NCBI GenBank assembly: GCA_965248835.1
Contig: CBDFLJ010000001.1
Span: forward strand, 832,001-896,000
DNA from: Alphaproteobacteria bacterium
GTDB taxonomy: Bacteria > Pseudomonadota > Alphaproteobacteria > MPNO01
DNA: 64,000 nt
Direction: 5' to 3'
This document shows, one piece after another, positions 9,797 to 17,963 of the stretch (its first letter is position 1; every line of letters begins with the position of its first letter). Made by a program: the position numbers and the translations under genes. The notes under the pieces are model-generated. The model saw nothing but the letters and a program-made list of their open reading frames with translations, had not been told where the DNA came from and searched no databases.

Positions 9797-10632
9797 CAGT
9801 CCAGCCGGGCCACGGTCGCGTTGCCGAGCTCGCGGACCTTGGCCCGGTATTTCAGGACCGCTTCTTCGTGGCGGGCGATCGTCGCGGCGTCGTCTTCGCA
9901 TCCGGGCGGAAGTTCGTGGTCGAAATGGCCGAAACGGTCCTCGCCCCGCACCAGCAGCGCGCTGGTGCGGCATGCGCCGATCTGGCGCAAATGCGGCGAA
10001 TGGTAGATCAGCGATATTCCGACACGCCGGTGGGCGGCCCGGTTGGGGCGCGAGCCGTGGACCAGGAAGGCATGGTGGATCGAGGCCTCGCCGGGCCGGA
10101 GTTCGACCGCCACCGGCGCGGCGGCGGCGGGATCGATTTCGGCCGTCTGGCCGCTGGAGAGCATGTTCGCACCGCCGATATCGGCCTCTTTGAGGGGAAG
10201 CTGGCCGAGCTTATGGGTGCCGGGCAGGAATTCCATACAGCCGCTTTCCACCGTCGCCGGGGTGATCGCGACCCAGGCGGTGAGGACCTCGCAGGGCCGG
10301 TGGCCGAAATAGGTGTTGTCCTGGTGCCAGCTAACGTAAGCCGGATCGCCGCCTTCCTTGGACCACACCGTGTTGTGGTAGAGAAAAATGTCCGGCCCGA
10401 TCAGGTCCTCGACCGCATCGAGCAGCGCCGGCCGCGTCGCCAGCTCATACACCCAGGGAAGACGCAAATAGAATTTCGTCTCGCCCAGCCCCAGCAGCGC
10501 CCCCGACGCGCGCGCGCGTTCCATCCGCGCGCCGGACGAAGCTGCCTCTTCGTTCGACATGACCCGGACCGGAAAGACGAAGCCGTCGCGCTCATAGGCT
10601 TCGATCTGGCTTTCGCTCAAAACTTTCGGCAC
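9796..10632 (-). CDS. Phytanoyl-CoA dioxygenase (PhyH) family Fe(II)/2-oxoglutarate dioxygenase
   Basis: WHQD, LTAWVAI, GCMEFLPGTH, HGSRPN..RR motifs. Confidence 0.88.
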   Translation of the reverse strand: MPKVLSESQIEAYERDGFVFPVRVMSNEEAASSGARMERARASGALLGLGETKFYLRLPWVYELATRPALLDAVEDLIGPDIFLYHNTVWSKEGGDPAYVSWHQDNTYFGHRPCEVLTAWVAITPATVESGCMEFLPGTHKLGQLPLKEADIGGANMLSSGQTAEIDPAAAAPVAVELRPGEASIHHAFLVHGSRPNRAAHRRVGISLIYHSPHLRQIGACRTSALLVRGEDRFGHFDHELPPGCEDDAATIARHEEAVLKYRAKVRELGNATVARLD

Positions 10633-10823
10633 GGCTTGTACTTCCCCATGACCGTTCCTATGCGATCAACCGCGATCGTCAGACCCGCTCAAAAATGTCA
10701 TTCCGAGGCCTCTCTTTATATGGCATCGCGAAAATCGGAGGCGAGAGCAAGTTGCGAGGGGTTTGCATCACAACCCTTTGCGTGAAAATAGTGACCACGG
10801 CAAAACCCGCCTTCTCCCGGCGC

Positions 10824-13800
10824 CTATTCCGCCGGCGCGGCGGCGGCTTCGGGTCCGCGCGCGCGGCGGCGCTCGATGAGGCCCACCGTGATCGACATCA
10901 TCGGCGGGACGACGGCCATCGTGAGCACGGCCGACAGAGACAGGCCGCCGACGACGACCGAGCCGAGGCCGCGGTAGAGCTCCGAGCCGGCGCCGGGGAA
11001 GACGACCAGGGGCAGCATGCCGAAGACCGAGGTCAGCGTCGACATGAAGATCGGCCGGATGCGGTTGTCGGTGGCAAGCTCGATCGCGGCGCCGGCCTCC
11101 ATGCCGTCGTGGCGGATGTGGTGAAGCGTCTGGTGGACCAGAAGGATCGCGTTGTTGACCACGATCCCGACCAGAATGACGAAGCCCAGCATGGTCAGCA
11201 TATCGAGCGACTGGTTGACGTAGAGGTTCAACAAGGACAGCCCGGCCAAGCCGCCGGCGGCCGCTATCGGCACCGACAGCATGACGATCAGCGGATAGAC
11301 GAAGCTCTCGAACAGGACCGCCATCACCAGGTAGACGATGATGACGGCAAGGGCGAGATCGAGAACGATCTCGTTCCAGGTCAAGGTCAGCTTGTCGGCC
11401 GAGCCGGACATGCGGATGCGCACCCCCTCGGGCAGGCCTTCGCGCTGCATGGGGGCGATGACCTCGTCGCGGATCTTCTCCATCGCCGCCTCGAGCGGCA
11501 GGGTCGCGGCCGGAGAGACCGCCATGGTGACGGTGCGGATGCGGTCGATGCGGCGGATCCGCGTCGGCCCGGTCGTGACCTCGACGCTGGACAGGCTGCG
11601 CACCGGAACGATGCGGCCGTCGCCGGTAACCACCGGGAGGGCTGCGATCGACTGGGTCGATTCGGACTCTTGCGGCGGGCCCTTGAGGGTGAGGTCGACA
11701 CGCTTGCCGTCGACGTTGACCTGGGCCACCCGGATACCGTCGTTGAAAGCATCGATCGACTGGCCCAGATCGCGCGCGGACAGGCCGTTGTCGGCGAGCT
11801 TGACCCGGTCGGGCACCACCCGGACCTCCGGCTCGCCCAAAGTCAGCGATGGCCGCGGCCGGGTGCGGTGGCCGTCCTGCGGCGACAGCGTTCCCATGGT
11901 GCGGAAGAACACCTGGCGGCCGACGTCGAAAATCGTCGGCAGGTCGGGGCCGGAGATGTCGATGTCGACAGAACGGCCGCTGCCGATCGAGCGGCCGAAC
12001 AGCGAGGGCTGGAAGACGATGGCAAGCGTGCCGGGCTCGTTGCGCACCGGTGCCTGGAGCACCGGGATCAAATCGGCCGCGCGCTGGTCGTCGACATGGC
12101 GCCCGGCGATGAACGCCCGGCCGCGCAGCGCCACGTAGAAGAACCGGTCGATGAACTTTTCGGAAGCCGGCCTGTCCGGCGGGTGCGTGCCGCCGCTCTC
12201 GGCGATCGCTTCGTCCGACCAGTTCTTGCGGGTCTCATCGGCCACCGTCTCGGCGATCTTCTGGGTGGTGTCGAGGTTGTAGCCCGACGGCGGCAGCACG
12301 AAGCCGATGACGAAGTTGCGGTTGCCGACCGGCAGGTAGTCGAGCTTGGGCAGGAAGGCGGCGGCGAACAGGCCGGCGGCGACCGTGATGCTGCCGACGA
12401 CCGCCAGCGCGACGACCTTGTCGCGGACCACCAGGCGGGCAAACGCGCGCCAGAAGGCCCCGAACCCGCCGGCGAAGCGGTCGATGACCGGCAGGCGCAG
12501 CATGGCCTCGCGAGAGGGGATGCGGTTGGCAAGGATCCGGTTGGACAGCGCCGGGATCAGGGTCACCGAGACCAGGAGCGACAGCAGCACGGAGACCGAG
12601 ATCGCCACTGCGATGTCGCGGAAGAGCTGGCCGACCTCGAGTTCCATGATCAGGATCGGGATGAACACCATCACCGTGGTCAGCGCGGAGACCAGGACGG
12701 CGGGCCAGACCTGGGCCGTGCCGTAGTAGGCGGCGTCGGTGCGCGAGACGCCTTCCTGACGCATCCGGTAGATGTTCTCCAGCACCACGATCGCGGCATC
12801 GACCACCATGCCGACGGCAAACGCGATGCCGGCCAGGCTGATCACGTTGAGCGAGCGGCCCAACAGCGCCATCGCGACGAAGGAGCCGACGACCGAGATC
12901 GGGATGGCGACGGCGACGACCACCGTCGGCCGCCACGAGCGCAGGAACACCAACAGGATGATCACCGCCAGCAGGCCGCCGAAATAGATGTTCTGCATCA
13001 CCAGGTTGATCGAGGAGTTGATGTAGTCGGTCTCGTCATAGACCTGCTGGACCCGCAGCCCGGCGCGCCCGATCGGGCCGGCCTTCATCTCTTCGATCGC
13101 GGCGCGGACCAACGCCATGGTCTCGATGACGTTCGCACCCTGCTCGCGGGTCACGTTGAGCCCCATCGCCCTGATGCCGTTGGAATTGAGCTTGGCCCGA
13201 AGCTCCTTGTAGGCGAGATCGACGGTCGCGATGTCGCCGACGGTCACCCGGCCGAGCCCGGCGCCGTTCGCGGCGCTGCGCAAGACGACGGCGCGGACCT
13301 GGTCGGGGCTCGTCAGGTCGCCCTCGGTCCGCACGACATAGCGCCGCTTGCCCTCGTCCACGTCGCCGGCGGTGATCGAGGCGTTGGCCGCGCGCAGCCG
13401 GGCGATCACCTCGCCCACCGTCATCTCGTAGCGGGCAAGCCGCTGCGGGTCGATGACGACCTGCATCTCGCGCTCGGTCTCGCCGAAGATGTTGACGCCG
13501 CCGATCCCGGGCACCCGCTCCAGCCGCTCCTGCACCACATCGCGCAGAAAATCGCCGTAGGTGATCATGTCCCGGTCGTTGCCCGGAACCCGGGTGAACA
13601 CGAACCAGGCGATCGCGTTGTCCTCGGTCCCCGAGGTGCCCAGGGTCGGCTCGTCGGCCTCTTCCGGGTAGGTGTTCACCCGGTCGAGCCGGTTGGCGAC
13701 CAGCAGCAGGGCGCGGTCGAAATTGATGTCGGGCGAGAACTCGAGCGTGATCTTGCCCTCGCCTTGGCTCGCCTCGCTCAGCATCCGGTTGACGCCTTCG

Positions 13801-14021
13801 AGGCCCTTGAGCTCGTCTTCCTGCGGGATGACGATCTCGCGCTCGATCTCCGCCGGCGCGGCGCCGCGCCAGGATGTGGTGACGATGATAACCGGCTGGC
13901 GCACGTCGGGCGCCATCTGGATCGGGATGCGCTGCAGCGCGACATAGCCGAACAGGAGAATCATCAGCACCATGGCGATGACCGCCATGGGGCGCTCGAT
14001 CGACAGCCGGATGATGTTCAT
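10824..14021 (-). CDS. RND efflux permease (AcrB/AcrD/AcrF family)
   Basis: 1065 aa; GMVVDAAIVVLEN (TM4), GIVVNNAILLV (TM10), RIRPIFMSTLT motifs. Confidence 0.93.
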   Translation of the reverse strand: MNIIRLSIERPMAVIAMVLMILLFGYVALQRIPIQMAPDVRQPVIIVTTSWRGAAPAEIEREIVIPQEDELKGLEGVNRMLSEASQGEGKITLEFSPDINFDRALLLVANRLDRVNTYPEEADEPTLGTSGTEDNAIAWFVFTRVPGNDRDMITYGDFLRDVVQERLERVPGIGGVNIFGETEREMQVVIDPQRLARYEMTVGEVIARLRAANASITAGDVDEGKRRYVVRTEGDLTSPDQVRAVVLRSAANGAGLGRVTVGDIATVDLAYKELRAKLNSNGIRAMGLNVTREQGANVIETMALVRAAIEEMKAGPIGRAGLRVQQVYDETDYINSSINLVMQNIYFGGLLAVIILLVFLRSWRPTVVVAVAIPISVVGSFVAMALLGRSLNVISLAGIAFAVGMVVDAAIVVLENIYRMRQEGVSRTDAAYYGTAQVWPAVLVSALTTVMVFIPILIMELEVGQLFRDIAVAISVSVLLSLLVSVTLIPALSNRILANRIPSREAMLRLPVIDRFAGGFGAFWRAFARLVVRDKVVALAVVGSITVAAGLFAAAFLPKLDYLPVGNRNFVIGFVLPPSGYNLDTTQKIAETVADETRKNWSDEAIAESGGTHPPDRPASEKFIDRFFYVALRGRAFIAGRHVDDQRAADLIPVLQAPVRNEPGTLAIVFQPSLFGRSIGSGRSVDIDISGPDLPTIFDVGRQVFFRTMGTLSPQDGHRTRPRPSLTLGEPEVRVVPDRVKLADNGLSARDLGQSIDAFNDGIRVAQVNVDGKRVDLTLKGPPQESESTQSIAALPVVTGDGRIVPVRSLSSVEVTTGPTRIRRIDRIRTVTMAVSPAATLPLEAAMEKIRDEVIAPMQREGLPEGVRIRMSGSADKLTLTWNEIVLDLALAVIIVYLVMAVLFESFVYPLIVMLSVPIAAAGGLAGLSLLNLYVNQSLDMLTMLGFVILVGIVVNNAILLVHQTLHHIRHDGMEAGAAIELATDNRIRPIFMSTLTSVFGMLPLVVFPGAGSELYRGLGSVVVGGLSLSAVLTMAVVPPMMSITVGLIERRRARGPEAAAAPAE

Positions 14022-14059
14022 GGGCTACGCCTGCGCATTGGAGCCGGACCGGACATGGC

Positions 14060-15616
14060 CTAGGCGCCGCCGAGCGGACCCGTGACCCGGACCTGGCCGC
14101 CCAAGCCCAGCGTCTCGTTGCCGCGGACGACGACCTTCTGGCCGGGCTTGACGCCTTCGAGCACGACGAAGCGTGGGCCGATCGCATCGCCCAGAAGCAC
14201 TTTCACGCGCCGCGCGTTGGTGCCCTCGACGACATAGACGAAGGCGTCCGCGCCGCGGCGCACCACGGCATCCTTGTGGACGGTCGCCACCGTCTGGCCG
14301 CCGCCGATCGGGATCAGGACGGTGACCGACTGGTTCGCGGCCAGCGGGCCGCGCGTACCGTTGAACCGGGGCGTGAAGCGGACCGGCCGGGTCCGGGTCC
14401 TGACGTTCTCGCTGGGCACGATGGCCCGGACCACCGCCCGGTGCAAGGTCCCGTCGTCGAGCCTGAGCCTCACGGCGGCGCCGACCCTGAGCCCGCGCAT
14501 CCTGTCGGCGGGGACCTCGGCCTCGGCCTCGATATCGGTGTCGTTCAACAGGCTGACGACGCGCGCGCCGACCGCGACATAGGTGCCGACATCAATATGT
14601 TTCTGGGTGACGACGCCCGGGAACGGCGCCTTGATCTCGGTGTCGTCGAGGTCGATCTGGGCCTGGCGAAGCTGGGCCCGAGCCTCCTTGAGCTGCGCCT
14701 TGCGCTCGGCCAGCGTGCCGCGGCGGGACTGGACGTCGCGCTCGATGTCCTCGTAGCGCGCGCGCGAGAACGCCGCGGACTTGCGCAGCCGGTCCAGGCG
14801 CTGCAGCTCGCGTTGCTTCTTGCGGTACTCGGCCTCAGCGGTCGCGACCATGCCCTTGAAGCGCCCGACCGAGGCGGCGTAGCGGTCGCGCACCGCGCGC
14901 AACCGGTCGGCCGAAATCACTGCGATCACCGCCCCCCGCGCCACGCGGTCGCCGACATCGACCCGCATCGCCATCACCGCGCCGCGGATCTCCGAGGCGA
15001 TGACGCCGGTCTGGCGCGCCACCAGGCGGCCGATCACCGGGATCGTCTGGCCCAACGGCTCGGCGATGACCTTGTCGAGGCGCACCGTCGCCGGCGGCCG
15101 GCCGCCGGGGCGCGGTCCGCCGCTTGCCGACCCGCCGCCCTGGAAGAAAGCGCGGATCTCCGCGCCGTCGAGCGCGCCGGACTTGTCCTTGTCGATCTTG
15201 TCGAAATTGGCGGCCAGCGGACCGCCGGCCTCGCTGCGCTCGATCACGTCGTTGCCGTTGGCGTCGGCCGCCTTCGCCCGCGGCGACAGGCCCGGCGGGC
15301 CGCCCGCCTGCGCCGCAGTCCGGGTCGCCGCCGTCTTCGGACAGCCGGTGCCTTGGAAGAAGCCGCTGATCTCGGCGCCGTCGAGCGAGCCGGACTTGTC
15401 GCAGTCGATCTCTTCGAAGTTCGCAGCCAGCGGCCCGCCGGCCTCGTTGCGGTCGATGACGCCGTTGCCGTTGCCGTCCAGGCCCTTGGCCCTGTCGGAC
15501 AGCGCGGTGTCCTGGGCCGTGGCCGGCGACGATAGGGCAAGGCCGAGCGCCGCGAGGACGGCCCAGGCCGGCCATCGCGTGCCGCAAGTTCCCCAGCTTG
15601 GTCTCAACGCTCTCAT
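14060..15616 (-). CDS. RND periplasmic adaptor (MFP) with an N-terminal duplicated EF-hand pair
   Basis: Signal peptide (..SSPATA|QD); four DxN/DxN/SG..D/E..E loops in aa 47-153; then MFP core (VDVGDRVARGAVIA lipoyl half, helical hairpin, IKAPFPGVV, TRTRPVRF, VLEGVKPGQKVVVRG). Confidence 0.88.
   Translation of the reverse strand: MRALRPSWGTCGTRWPAWAVLAALGLALSSPATAQDTALSDRAKGLDGNGNGVIDRNEAGGPLAANFEEIDCDKSGSLDGAEISGFFQGTGCPKTAATRTAAQAGGPPGLSPRAKAADANGNDVIERSEAGGPLAANFDKIDKDKSGALDGAEIRAFFQGGGSASGGPRPGGRPPATVRLDKVIAEPLGQTIPVIGRLVARQTGVIASEIRGAVMAMRVDVGDRVARGAVIAVISADRLRAVRDRYAASVGRFKGMVATAEAEYRKKQRELQRLDRLRKSAAFSRARYEDIERDVQSRRGTLAERKAQLKEARAQLRQAQIDLDDTEIKAPFPGVVTQKHIDVGTYVAVGARVVSLLNDTDIEAEAEVPADRMRGLRVGAAVRLRLDDGTLHRAVVRAIVPSENVRTRTRPVRFTPRFNGTRGPLAANQSVTVLIPIGGGQTVATVHKDAVVRRGADAFVYVVEGTNARRVKVLLGDAIGPRFVVLEGVKPGQKVVVRGNETLGLGGQVRVTGPLGGA
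15137..15502 (-). repeat. Intragenic duplication of a ~51-codon EF-hand-pair module (copies at about 15350-15502 and 15137-15289)
   Basis: LSDRAKGLDGNGNGVIDRNEAGGPLAANFEEIDCDKSGSLDGAEISGFFQG versus LSPRAKAADANGNDVIERSEAGGPLAANFDKIDKDKSGALDGAEIRAFFQG. Confidence 0.92.
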
Positions 15617-15725
15617 CCCCGCGCGCAGCTCGTCCGGTAAGGGTTCAGTTACCTGTTGATCAAATATAGGATCGAAAGGCTTGCCGGCACAGGGACATGG
15701 CGCGGAGACATGGCGCGGATCCGGA

Positions 15726-16847
15726 TCACTGCCGCTCGAGGATATGGAATCCGTTGATGCGGTCGATCAGGTAGATCAGGCCACGGTCGTCGATGGTCAC
15801 GTCGTTGGCGCAGACCCGGTCGGCGGCGCGCGGCGGGTCGGGCAGGAAGTGGGCGGTCTCCTTGGGCGCATGCGGGTCGGCAATGTCGACAACCCTGAGG
15901 CCCTGAGCGAACCAGGCGAACGGGATCTCGGTGCCGATGACCACCTCGCTCGGCTGGTGGCATCCGGTCATCGGGATCTGCGGCGCGCCGTCGGGGTCGA
16001 GGCCGTCCACCTGGAAGGTCGAGATCGGGATCGGCCTGGTCTCGTCTGTGATGTCGAAGACCCACATGATCGCCGGCGGGCTCGGCCGCAGCTTGGCGAC
16101 GTCCTCATCGGCGACGACCAGGATCGTCTTGCCGTGCACCGGGAACGGAATCGGCAGCGCGGTGTGCTGCGGATGCGGGTATGCCGGGCTGATCGGATAG
16201 CTCGAAATCATTTCCGGCCTGGTCATGTCCTCGATGCCCAGGATGAACACGCCGTGATGCCAGTAGCTGGTATAGAGCCGATCACCCATCCTGAGCGGGT
16301 GATGGCAGCGCGGCGGCGGCCCGTCTGCCCATGGATAAGTCTCGCCGCCGGCCTCCCACTGGCCGGGGATCCACCAGCGGCCGACCTCCTCGGGGCTCGC
16401 CGGATCGGCGAGGTCGAGAATCATCATGATATTGCCGACATAGCCCTCGACGGTGGGCGAGATGTAGGCATAACGGCCGTCGAAATCGAACCGATGGACG
16501 CCTGTGCCCCAGGTCTCCCAGTTGGTGACGTGGCGCGGCCTGGACGGATCTTCGACGTCGTAGATGCCGAGCCCGCCCACGAAGTCCTCGGGCGCCTCGC
16601 CGCCGAGACGCTCGTGGTTGACCACCATCAGCCCGTTCCCGGCTCTGACCTTGTGGGAATGGAAGCCTGCCGGGATCGCGATCTCGGCCAGTTGCCGCGG
16701 GTTCGCCGGATCGGCGACGTCGTAGATCGAGGTGCCGTAGGGCGCGGCCATGTGCCCGACATAGGCGGTCGTCCCATCGACCCGGATCTGCCCGCCGCCG
16801 GGGCACTCGACATGGGCCACTTCCCGGATACCGCTTGTGCTTGCCAT
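15726..16847 (-). CDS. LVIVD-repeat beta-propeller protein, His-rich, no signal peptide
   Basis: Repeated blades TSIYDVADP, LGIYDVEDP, MMILDLADP, WVFDITDE, LRVVDIADP; ATG at 16847. Confidence 0.82.
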   Translation of the reverse strand: MASTSGIREVAHVECPGGGQIRVDGTTAYVGHMAAPYGTSIYDVADPANPRQLAEIAIPAGFHSHKVRAGNGLMVVNHERLGGEAPEDFVGGLGIYDVEDPSRPRHVTNWETWGTGVHRFDFDGRYAYISPTVEGYVGNIMMILDLADPASPEEVGRWWIPGQWEAGGETYPWADGPPPRCHHPLRMGDRLYTSYWHHGVFILGIEDMTRPEMISSYPISPAYPHPQHTALPIPFPVHGKTILVVADEDVAKLRPSPPAIMWVFDITDETRPIPISTFQVDGLDPDGAPQIPMTGCHQPSEVVIGTEIPFAWFAQGLRVVDIADPHAPKETAHFLPDPPRAADRVCANDVTIDDRGLIYLIDRINGFHILERQ

Positions 16848-16872
16848 ATGGATTTTCGCCTTTCGTCCCGGT

Positions 16873-17877
16873 TCAGCCTTCGTAGAGATCGCGGCCGGCA
16901 ACGACCGCGGAGATCTTCCCGTCGGCCATGTAGCGCGACAGGTTCCACAGCCCGCAGTCGGGGTGGACGTAACGGATACGCTCCGCACCGATCACGTCTG
17001 CGGCGCGCTCGATCCGTCGCGCGACAGTCTCTGCGGCCTCGATCTCGGTCGCCTTGACGTCGACCACGCCGAGTCCCATGCCGATCTCCGGACGCAGGTC
17101 GCGGAACACCTCAAGCTCCCCGTCGGGCCGGTGCGCATTCTCGCAGACCACGTGATCGGCGTGCAATGCGTTGAGATAGGCGATCAGCGGCTCCCAGTTC
17201 GCGCCCTTCTGGGAGACCTGGCCGCCGTAATTGCCGAAGCAGAGATGGACCGCGGGCGTCGTGGGGACCGCATCGAGCACGATGTTCATCACCCGGGCGG
17301 CCCATTCCCATTCCTGCGGTGCGCCGGGAAGGTTCGCCTCGTCGACCTGGACGATGTCCGCATCGAGCCGCGCGACCTGCTCGGCCAGCACATGGGCGAT
17401 CGCCTCGGCCAGCGCGATCCGGTCGCCGTAATGGGCATCGACCAGAGTCTTGGCCAGCATGTGCGGACCGGTCAGCGCGAACTTGAACGGCCTGGAGGCG
17501 AGCGCCTTGGCCCGCCGACAGGGCGCGGCGAGATCAAGGGTTCCGCTGGTGACCGGTCCCTCGGCGACCGCCGCCGGGCGGGTCCGGAAACCCATGGTCG
17601 GCTGGGACTCGAAGTCGACGATCTCGCCGAAGGTCATCGCCGCGCGCACCCCGCCCATCGGATGGACGAAGTACTCGATCATGCCGTTGGTCTGCGGATG
17701 GTCGGGGTCGTAGCGGGCGAACTCGCCCTCGCAGACGACATCGATCCCGGCCTTCTCCTGGAGGTGGATGACCATGCGCGTCGCGTCCTCGATCGCCTCG
17801 GCGGTCGGATGGGCGTGCAGCCAGTCAGGCCAGGGGTAGGAGCCGACCAGCGTGGTCTTTATCGTTGGAGCCGTCAT
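16873..17877 (-). CDS. Cobalamin-independent methionine synthase-like (MetE C-terminal/core) Zn protein
   Basis: TTLVGSYP, QEKAGIDVVCEGE, QVDE, HLCFGN, PDCGL (H-x-C...E...C Zn ligands); no N-terminal MetE barrel. Confidence 0.85.
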   Translation of the reverse strand: MTAPTIKTTLVGSYPWPDWLHAHPTAEAIEDATRMVIHLQEKAGIDVVCEGEFARYDPDHPQTNGMIEYFVHPMGGVRAAMTFGEIVDFESQPTMGFRTRPAAVAEGPVTSGTLDLAAPCRRAKALASRPFKFALTGPHMLAKTLVDAHYGDRIALAEAIAHVLAEQVARLDADIVQVDEANLPGAPQEWEWAARVMNIVLDAVPTTPAVHLCFGNYGGQVSQKGANWEPLIAYLNALHADHVVCENAHRPDGELEVFRDLRPEIGMGLGVVDVKATEIEAAETVARRIERAADVIGAERIRYVHPDCGLWNLSRYMADGKISAVVAGRDLYEG

Positions 17878-17963
17878 CTCGCCTGCCCGTGCGGGTCCGT
17901 TGGCCAAGCTTGCCAGACGGTGCGCGCTCGGCCAAGGTCCGGTCCATGCTAGCGGGGCCGCCC

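Noticed and set aside
10695-14063. Very long antisense ORFs (e.g. 10695-14063 +, 26880-29960 +, 35995-38736 -, 29786-32278 +)
   Set aside because: Shadow frames of real genes in high-GC DNA; Arg/Gly/Ala-rich with no family motifs.
15137-15502. Calling the EF-hand module a true lanmodulin
   Set aside because: The loops lack Pro at position 2, have Asn/Ser at position 5, and form two separated pairs; metal preference cannot be read from sequence.
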